Assembly (NCBI RefSeq): GCF_002682985.1
Contig: NZ_MKGN01000007.1
Location: forward strand, 1-13,128
DNA length: 13,128 bases
From: Candidatus Tremblayella phenacoccinincola
Lineage (GTDB): Bacteria; Pseudomonadota; Gammaproteobacteria; Burkholderiales; Burkholderiaceae
Direction: 5' to 3'
Made by a program: the position numbers and the translations under genes. Below are positions 7,826-13,128 of this stretch, piece after piece. Positions within the stretch are counted from its first letter, which is position 1. The number at the start of each line of letters is the position of its first letter. The notes under the pieces are model-generated. The model ran no database searches. It was not told the origin of the DNA and saw nothing but the letters and a program-made list of their open reading frames with translations.

Positions 7826-8383
7826 CTAAAGACTAAGCATTTCAGCTTCTTTACTTAAAGCTATATTATTAACTTTCTTTATAAGACAGTCAGTAATAGT
7901 TTGTATCTTTATTTGAAAAGCTTCCATATTATCTTTACTAAGCAGTTTCTTTTTAAATAGGTCTTTTAGTTTATTATTAAACATACGTCTTGTATTTCGT
8001 ATAGTAACTCTTACTTTCTCAGCTTCATTATGAACCAGCTTAACTAAACTATATCTATAGGTTTCAGAAAGGTCTGGAAATAAGATACGAATTAAGTTGG
8101 TTTCTAGATAAGGAACTAATCCTAAGTTAGCAGCAATAATGCTTTTATTTATTATTGGGTTTAGTGAGTTATCAAATGCAGTAATAATTACAGACTTTGT
8201 GGACTCTAAAGAAATAGTTGCTAGCTGACGTATAGATGTTAGCTTATTATTATACATTATTTTGATTCCATTAAGTAAGTCAGGAGAAGCTTTTCCTGTT
8301 CTATAGCTGTTAATAGTCCTTATAAAAGAATCTATATATTTACCTGCTTGAAGTTCATAGTCTTTACATATGTTTGTATTCAA
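7826..8383 (-). CDS. frr: Ribosome recycling factor
   Basis: 185 aa with a TTG start. (M)NTNICKDYE aligns residue for residue with E. coli MISDIRKDAE. RTGKASPDLLNGI, IRQLATISLE and VRVTIRNTRR also match. AGGAG lies 10 nt upstream. The gene is AT-rich. Confidence 0.93.
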   Translation of the reverse strand: MNTNICKDYELQAGKYIDSFIRTINSYRTGKASPDLLNGIKIMYNNKLTSIRQLATISLESTKSVIITAFDNSLNPIINKSIIAANLGLVPYLETNLIRILFPDLSETYRYSLVKLVHNEAEKVRVTIRNTRRMFNNKLKDLFKKKLLSKDNMEAFQIKIQTITDCLIKKVNNIALSKEAEMLSL

Positions 8384-8393
8384 GGTTATTGTG

Positions 8394-8398
8394 CTCCT
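8394..8398 (-). promoter_or_regulatory. Shine-Dalgarno sequence for frr
   Basis: The minus strand reads AGGAG, then 10 nt, then the TTG start at 8383. Confidence 0.6.
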
Positions 8399-8436
8399 AT
8401 TAAAACGAGGTTACAATTAACAATAGCCTGCCTACT

Positions 8437-9828
8437 TCAACTATAATTATCAAAACGAGACAGCTGGCCATTAAACCTTAATTTAATAGTTCCAGTTGGT
8501 CCATTTCGTTGCTTTCCAATAATAACTTCTGCTATTCCATGAAGACCTGTATTAACATATTCACGATACACTTCGTCTCGATATATAAACATTATTAGGT
8601 CAGCATCTTGTTCAATCGAACCAGACTCGCGTAGATCTGAATTAATTGGACGTTTATCTACTCTCTGTTCTAGGTTTCTATTTAGCTGTGAAAGTGCCAG
8701 TATAGGTACTTGTAGTTCTTTAGCTAAAGCTTTTAATGAACGTGAAACCTCAGCAATTTCTAATGATCTATTTTCTGATAATGACGGCACTTTCATTAGC
8801 TGCATATAGTCTACCATAATTAAACTAAGACCGTTCGCTTCTCGGTATATACGGTTAGCTCTTGTTCTTAAATCTGTATGTTTTAAGTCAGGAGAGTCGT
8901 CAATATATAGGTTCTTCTTTTTTAAGAGCATATTCATAGTATTAGAAAGCTTTGTCCAGTCGTTTCTATCCAACTGACCAGTCCTTATAGATGTTTGGTT
9001 AATCTTTGATAAAGAAGCTAATATTCTTATCATTATTTGGTCACTAGGCATTTCTAAACTAAATATTAACACTGGCTTATCTTCATTAACAACAGCATTT
9101 TCACATATATTTAAAGCTAAAGTTGTTTTACCCATTGAAGGTCTTGCCGCAATGATAATTAAGTCAGACTTTTGTAATCCACATGTTTTTATATCTAACT
9201 CATAATACCCACTAGAAATGCCAGTAATACCTTTTTTAGGACTTTTATATGCTTTTTCTATATTAATAACTGTTTTCCCTAATATATTATCAATAGGTTT
9301 AGGACCATTGGATTTATTAATTCTATACTCAGCTATTTGAGATAGTTTTGACTCAGCTATTGCCAATAACTCAGAGCTACTTCTTCCTTTCGGGTTATAG
9401 CTATTGTTAATTAGTTCTTGAGATGTTTTGATCAACTCTCGTTTTATTGCTCTATCTTTAACAATAGCGGCATATTCTAATATGTTGGCAGTGTTTGTAA
9501 TTGTAATGGGTTTATATAGAACAGCTAAATAAGAAGGACCACCAATCATAGTTAACTTACCTTTTTGTTCTAATGAGTCGGAAAGCGTAATAAGATCAAT
9601 TGGTTTATGGGAATCTAATAATAACTTCATTTCATTATATATTAGCCTATGGGTTCTTTTCATGAAGTCTTGCTCTGAAATAACAGATGCTATTTCATCC
9701 CATATATTATTATCTACCATTAGACAGCCTAATATTGTTTGTTCTGCTTCTAAAGAGTGTGGTAATGTCTTCATATATTCTTTTCTATGGATAGGTTCTA
9801 GCATATTATATACTTCTGGAACAGCCAA
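8437..9828 (-). CDS. dnaB: Replicative DNA helicase DnaB
   Basis: 463 aa. LPHSLEAEQTILGCLMVDN, Walker A AARPSMGKTTLALN, FSLEMP, LKALAKELQVPILALSQLNR, RESGSIEQDADLIMFIYRDE and IIGKQRNGPTG are present. The ORF-track start is TTG 9828. In-frame ATGs 8 and 18 codons downstream are also possible starts. The gene is AT-rich. Confidence 0.95.
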   Translation of the reverse strand: MAVPEVYNMLEPIHRKEYMKTLPHSLEAEQTILGCLMVDNNIWDEIASVISEQDFMKRTHRLIYNEMKLLLDSHKPIDLITLSDSLEQKGKLTMIGGPSYLAVLYKPITITNTANILEYAAIVKDRAIKRELIKTSQELINNSYNPKGRSSSELLAIAESKLSQIAEYRINKSNGPKPIDNILGKTVINIEKAYKSPKKGITGISSGYYELDIKTCGLQKSDLIIIAARPSMGKTTLALNICENAVVNEDKPVLIFSLEMPSDQIMIRILASLSKINQTSIRTGQLDRNDWTKLSNTMNMLLKKKNLYIDDSPDLKHTDLRTRANRIYREANGLSLIMVDYMQLMKVPSLSENRSLEIAEVSRSLKALAKELQVPILALSQLNRNLEQRVDKRPINSDLRESGSIEQDADLIMFIYRDEVYREYVNTGLHGIAEVIIGKQRNGPTGTIKLRFNGQLSRFDNYS

Positions 9829-9866
9829 AACAACATATGCTAATAAGAAAGATGGGTTAACATGAG

Positions 9867-10130
9867 TTAGTTATTACGAAGCACCATTCGAACATCTACC
9901 AGCTTTCTAGAAGCATTCCAGTAATATCTCACTACTCCTTTAGACAATGCGAACAAGGTGTGGTCTTTTCCAGCACCTACGTTTTTACCAGGGTGGATCT
10001 TTGTGCCTCTCTGACGTACAACAATGGAACCTGGCATTACTAAGACCCCACTGTAAGCTTTGATTCCTAGTCTCTTGGATCTCGAGTCTCTATTGTTCCT
10101 AGTAGCACCGCCTGCTTTCTTTTGGGCCAT
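9867..10130 (-). CDS. rpmA: 50S ribosomal protein L27
   Basis: 87 aa. [41 protein letters not shown] and GKDHTLFAL match bacterial L27. Confidence 0.96.
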   Translation of the reverse strand: MAQKKAGGATRNNRDSRSKRLGIKAYSGVLVMPGSIVVRQRGTKIHPGKNVGAGKDHTLFALSKGVVRYYWNASRKLVDVRMVLRNN

Positions 10131-10522
10131 GTTAGTTTCTGGGTAGTCTGAATGGTTGTCACAATAATTTCAGTACGTAGGCTTCTGTAACCTTGGCTCT
10201 TCATGTAATGCTTTCTTCTTTTGTGCTTTAGGATAGATATCTTTTTGGACTTGAAGTGTCTTGAAACCATTGCAACTACACGGACTCCTGATAATGTAGG
10301 TTGTCCAATGTGAACTTTGTTACAATGTATATGGAGGAGCACACTATGTAGATAAAACAGCCTACCTTCTGGTAAACCCATTCGATCTACGACCACTCTT
10401 TTGTTTACCTGTGTCTTATACTGCTTGCCGTTTAGCTTTATTATAGCGTAGTCTAACCTGTGTCCATAAATAGTCCCGCTCTGAAGTAGCATACATTTTA
10501 GTTGTTCTTCTTGTTCGTTCAT
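10067..10522 (-). CDS. rplU: 50S ribosomal protein L21 with atypical N- and C-terminal extensions
   Basis: The ORF is 151 aa, against roughly 103 aa for typical L21. The core [14 protein letters not shown]...[25 protein letters not shown] matches L21 (MYAIIKTGGKQYKV...KFRRRKHYRKQQGHRQ). The codon where the canonical ATG should be is GAC (10451-10453). Initiation must therefore occur at ATG 10492 or ATG 10522. The frame does not stop until 10067, which is 64 nt inside rpmA. Confidence 0.85.
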   Translation of the reverse strand: MNEQEEQLKCMLLQSGTIYGHRLDYAIIKLNGKQYKTQVNKRVVVDRMGLPEGRLFYLHSVLLHIHCNKVHIGQPTLSGVRVVAMVSRHFKSKKISILKHKRRKHYMKSQGYRSLRTEIIVTTIQTTQKLTWPKRKQAVLLGTIETRDPRD

Positions 10523-10531
10523 TGGAATTCA

Positions 10532-10598
10532 GGCTATAGGTTATAGGAGGAAGGTTTAGGTGGCTATAGGATATAGGAAGTAGGTTTAGGTGGCTAGG
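10532..10598. repeat. 30-bp tandem repeat, 2.2 copies, spanning the secA stop and the secA-rplU spacer
   Basis: Unit 1 is 10532-10561, ggctataggttataggaggaaggtttaggt. Unit 2 is 10562-10591, ggctataggatataggaagtaggtttaggt; aligning the two needs about 3 substitutions and a 1-nt indel. A partial third unit, ggctagg, occupies 10592-10598. Each unit contains an internal (c)tatagg sub-repeat. Confidence 0.9.
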
Positions 10599-12865
10599 CT
10601 TCCTACTTCTGACAGGCATAGAACATCGAGAACTAAATAAGCGACCATTCGTTTAAGTAGGTTCAAAGTGTTCTGAATGTATTGTTTGTGGGCTTTGTTG
10701 AAAGGTTGAAAGCTTAAGTTTATGCTCCAAAGAACGCTGTTTAAAAACCTAAGGTGATTCGTCCATATTGAATCTATTGAACCTAATAATAAGCATTTCT
10801 CCAGCTCTTTTCTCTTTTGTAATCCTGAGACTTCAATACAGGCCAAGTGATTTAGATTAACTAAGAACCTAAACCAAGATATCGAATATACAGTTCCTTT
10901 AAAAAGAGTTAAGCTCAATACTTTTAAGAACTGCTTTGGGGAATATATATAGCATTTGACTGGCCACTTCTTGGTTTTGAGTGCAAAGGCTTCTGACTGG
11001 CTTTTGGAGGTTAGCTTTCTTCTCAGCTTATGTAATGTAAGTCTTTGGAAATCCAAGATGTTGTTGAAGTTTGCTAATTGTGTTTTTTGGTATAAGCTTT
11101 TAGCTTGAGTTCTTTTTTGAATGGTTTCAATGGCTTGAGCAAACTTAGCTTGAGCAAGCTTACTTTCGGGATTTACGAGTAGCCTATTTAGCTGTCTGTC
11201 TTTTAAGGACACATAAAAACAGGAAGTACCAACATCTCCTTGTCTCCCAGACCTACCGATTAGCTGTACTTCAGGTTTTCTTAGATTATGCCTACCAATG
11301 CCGATAACTCTTAGACCGCCTAACCTTTTGGATTTGATGTATATTTGGTCTTTGGGTTGGTTGTGATCAAAGTATAATAAACCCCCTAACAAAATGTCTG
11401 TTCCTCTACATGCAATACAGGTCGTTATAGATAGTTTATTTGGTATTCCAGCGTTTGCAACAACTATAGGTTCTAACAGCTGGCTTTTAGCATTCAGTAT
11501 TTCGTGGGGAAACCCAATGTAGCTTAACATAACAGAAGTCCCTTCAGACTGTTCTACCGATTGTGTTCCAACTAAGGCTGGTTGACCACGTTTATAACAA
11601 CTCTGAATGTCTCTGATAACAGCTATACTCCTATCGCGAGGCGACATGTATATTCTGTCTGGCTCATCAACCCTGCCTTGTGGACTGTTTGTTGGAATAA
11701 CGACAGTTTTCAGATTGTACAGGTTTTTGAGCTCTTGTGTTTCGTTCGCAGTTCCTGTTATCCCTGATAGCCTACTATACATTCTAAAGTAAGGCTGGAG
11801 CACTACCTGAGATATAGCCTGGCTGTCTTTCCTTGCTTTGATTCCTTCTTTTGCTTCGACAGCCAGATGTATTCCATTGGACCAACGTTTGTTAGGTAGA
11901 AGTCTACCTGTTAAGTTAGCAATAATTATTGCTTCTCCGTTGCGGATAATATAGTCTCTATCTTTACTAACTGTTTTGTAAGTCTTTAGCATTACGCACA
12001 TCATAGTTATTAGAAGGTAGCTTTTGGACGTATATAGCTGTTTCCCGGTTCTAATGAGATTAGCGTTTACTAATAAGCTTTCAGTCTTAATAAAGCCTAG
12101 CTCAGTTAAATGCAGTTGTTTAGGTTGGTTGGAGTAATATAGGTTTCGGCTAGGAAAAGCTTTATTGGTTTCAAATACATATAACTTAATAAGCTTGTTC
12201 ACATATGTATAAAGGCTTGTTCTATAGTTAGAAGTGGAGGCAATGAAAGGTGTTCCAGCTTCATCTATTAAAATAGAGTCAACCTCATCAACTATCACTA
12301 TCGAGCAGGCTTGCTTTCTCCTTTGAACATATTCTTGATTCTTATATACCATGTGGTCTTGTATATAGTCAAATATATGTTCACTGAAAGAGACGTAAGT
12401 AATATCTGAATTGTATGTTGTTCTTTTTGAACTGTTAGCCAGGTTTGCAACAGCTTTACCTACTGAGGTTCCTAAGTACTCAAATACGATCTGTGTTAGG
12501 ACACTGTCCCTTTTTGTAAGATGGTCACTTGGAACTACAATGAGCACTCCTGAGTTGAACAGTGAGCAGGCAAAAGAAGCAACTGCAACTGCTAATGTTT
12601 TACCTTCTCCTGTCTTCATTTCCACTGCTTTGCCACTACATAATGCAAGTCCTCCTAGTAACTGAGTATCATGTAGTTTAAACCCTATTAACCTACAACA
12701 AGTCTCTTTAAACAACCCAAAAGCATATGGGAGAGCTTTGTTAAAAGATACGTTTGATTTCAAGTGAAGCTTAAGCACATTCGTTTTAAGTTTGAATGCT
12801 ATGCCTTTCAGGTATTTAAAGTAAGAACCTAACCCAAGGATTCTCGTTGTATATTCTTTTAGCAT
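10586..12865 (-). CDS. secA: Preprotein translocase ATPase SecA (shortened and derived)
   Basis: 759 aa. MKTGEGKTL (Walker A), VDEVDSILIDEAGTPFI (DEAD region), GRSGRQGDVG and DSIWTNHLRFL are present. The protein ends just after the helical scaffold domain. The C-terminal linker and zinc finger are absent. Confidence 0.95.
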   Translation of the reverse strand: MLKEYTTRILGLGSYFKYLKGIAFKLKTNVLKLHLKSNVSFNKALPYAFGLFKETCCRLIGFKLHDTQLLGGLALCSGKAVEMKTGEGKTLAVAVASFACSLFNSGVLIVVPSDHLTKRDSVLTQIVFEYLGTSVGKAVANLANSSKRTTYNSDITYVSFSEHIFDYIQDHMVYKNQEYVQRRKQACSIVIVDEVDSILIDEAGTPFIASTSNYRTSLYTYVNKLIKLYVFETNKAFPSRNLYYSNQPKQLHLTELGFIKTESLLVNANLIRTGKQLYTSKSYLLITMMCVMLKTYKTVSKDRDYIIRNGEAIIIANLTGRLLPNKRWSNGIHLAVEAKEGIKARKDSQAISQVVLQPYFRMYSRLSGITGTANETQELKNLYNLKTVVIPTNSPQGRVDEPDRIYMSPRDRSIAVIRDIQSCYKRGQPALVGTQSVEQSEGTSVMLSYIGFPHEILNAKSQLLEPIVVANAGIPNKLSITTCIACRGTDILLGGLLYFDHNQPKDQIYIKSKRLGGLRVIGIGRHNLRKPEVQLIGRSGRQGDVGTSCFYVSLKDRQLNRLLVNPESKLAQAKFAQAIETIQKRTQAKSLYQKTQLANFNNILDFQRLTLHKLRRKLTSKSQSEAFALKTKKWPVKCYIYSPKQFLKVLSLTLFKGTVYSISWFRFLVNLNHLACIEVSGLQKRKELEKCLLLGSIDSIWTNHLRFLNSVLWSINLSFQPFNKAHKQYIQNTLNLLKRMVAYLVLDVLCLSEVGSLAT

Positions 12866-12940
12866 GCTGGCTTCTTTGTATCCATGGAAGTACTAGGAGC
12901 TAGAACATAGGGTTGATAGTCTAGGAGAACAGCCTTAAAG

Positions 12941-12988
12941 TATGTATGATGAGGCTATCGTATATGTATGAGGCTAACGAAGCTAACG
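12941..12988. repeat. Short degenerate tandem repeat (tatgtatga..ggcta.cg twice, then agctaacg)
   Basis: 12941-12960 is tatgtatgatgaggctatcg. 12961-12979 is tatatgtatgaggctaacg. 12980-12988 is aagctaacg. The copies are imperfect, and the repeat lies in the spacer upstream of secA. Confidence 0.5.
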
Positions 12989-13128
12989 AAACAATGAACA
13001 GACTGACAGCAGAACATACTACTGCTTTCCACCCCAACCTTCTCCGGGATACCTTTCCTACTGAGAGTTCCCACACATACTCCCTCACAAACATCCTCTT
13101 CTGTTTACTACTGACCCTAACTCCACTA

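Noticed and set aside
10416-10619. A 67-aa minus-strand ORF that translates the tandem repeat (PSHLNLLPISYSHLNLPPITYS).
   Set aside because: It overlaps the secA 3' end and the rplU 5' end in other frames, and its periodic sequence simply reflects the DNA repeat. Only its internal MYA codons are of interest, as discussed in the rplU finding.
2716-12665. Other short ORFs in the track: 2716-2898, 3821-4063, 5302-5511, 7533-7739, 9662-9865, 11582-11767, 11607-11792 and 12411-12665.
   Set aside because: Each is 60-84 aa and is nested antisense in, or runs out of, a confidently identified gene (obg, sspB, ilvD, tal, dnaB or secA). None has a recognisable motif.
13021-13080. Minus-strand strings CCGGAGAAGG and GGAAAGCAG, which superficially resemble SRP (4.5S) RNA domain IV.
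   Set aside because: There is no GGAA tetraloop flanked by complementary arms, and the conserved AGGUCCGGAAGGAAGCAGCC helix cannot be drawn.
1-13128. The possibility of a reassigned genetic code (TGA read as Trp), as in some tiny symbiont genomes.
   Set aside because: All 14 genes are full-length with standard stops and show no in-frame TGA interruptions. TGA is used as a genuine terminator in ybeY.
1-13128. A search for CRISPR arrays, transposases or IS ends, integrases, phage genes, toxin-antitoxin pairs or defence systems.
   Set aside because: Every ORF above about 85 aa that is not antisense is a recognisable housekeeping gene. Spacers are 15-160 nt, and the only repeats are the two short tandem arrays already listed. 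Nothing supports a mobile or defence system.

Overview
This window is a gene-dense stretch with short spacers, typical of a strongly reduced proteobacterial (insect-symbiont-like) genome. It carries 14 housekeeping genes, 12 of them on the minus strand: der, a degenerate ybeY, ribH, obg, sspB, ilvD, erpA, rpsI, tal, frr, dnaB, rpmA, rplU and secA. The standard genetic code appears to apply. I found no tRNA, rRNA, CRISPR array, transposase, phage gene or defence or toxin system, and I will not invent one. The most unusual property is a sharp compositional and apparently phylogenetic mosaic. Two two-gene islands, ribH-obg and frr-dnaB, have about 20-33% GC in sampled lines, and their proteins look Enterobacterales-like. 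They sit in a backbone of about 37-50% GC whose proteins look Burkholderiales-like (short-form IlvD, L27, L21 core). The switches fall exactly in the intergenic spacers. One switch cuts the normally conserved rplU-rpmA-obg linkage. This is the pattern expected of a beta/gamma-proteobacterial genome collage, as reported for Ca. Tremblaya phenacola PPER. I cannot confirm the identity without a search. Secondary oddities: rplU has lost its canonical start, carries a possible second (gamma-like) L21 N-terminal fragment upstream, and reads 64 nt into rpmA. A 30-bp tandem repeat spans the secA stop and the secA-rplU spacer. The YbeY homologue lacks all three catalytic histidines. The first P-loop of der lies upstream of any canonical start codon. 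SspB and SecA lack their C-terminal partner-binding tails. The right window edge is C-rich and G-poor and is open in frames on both strands.
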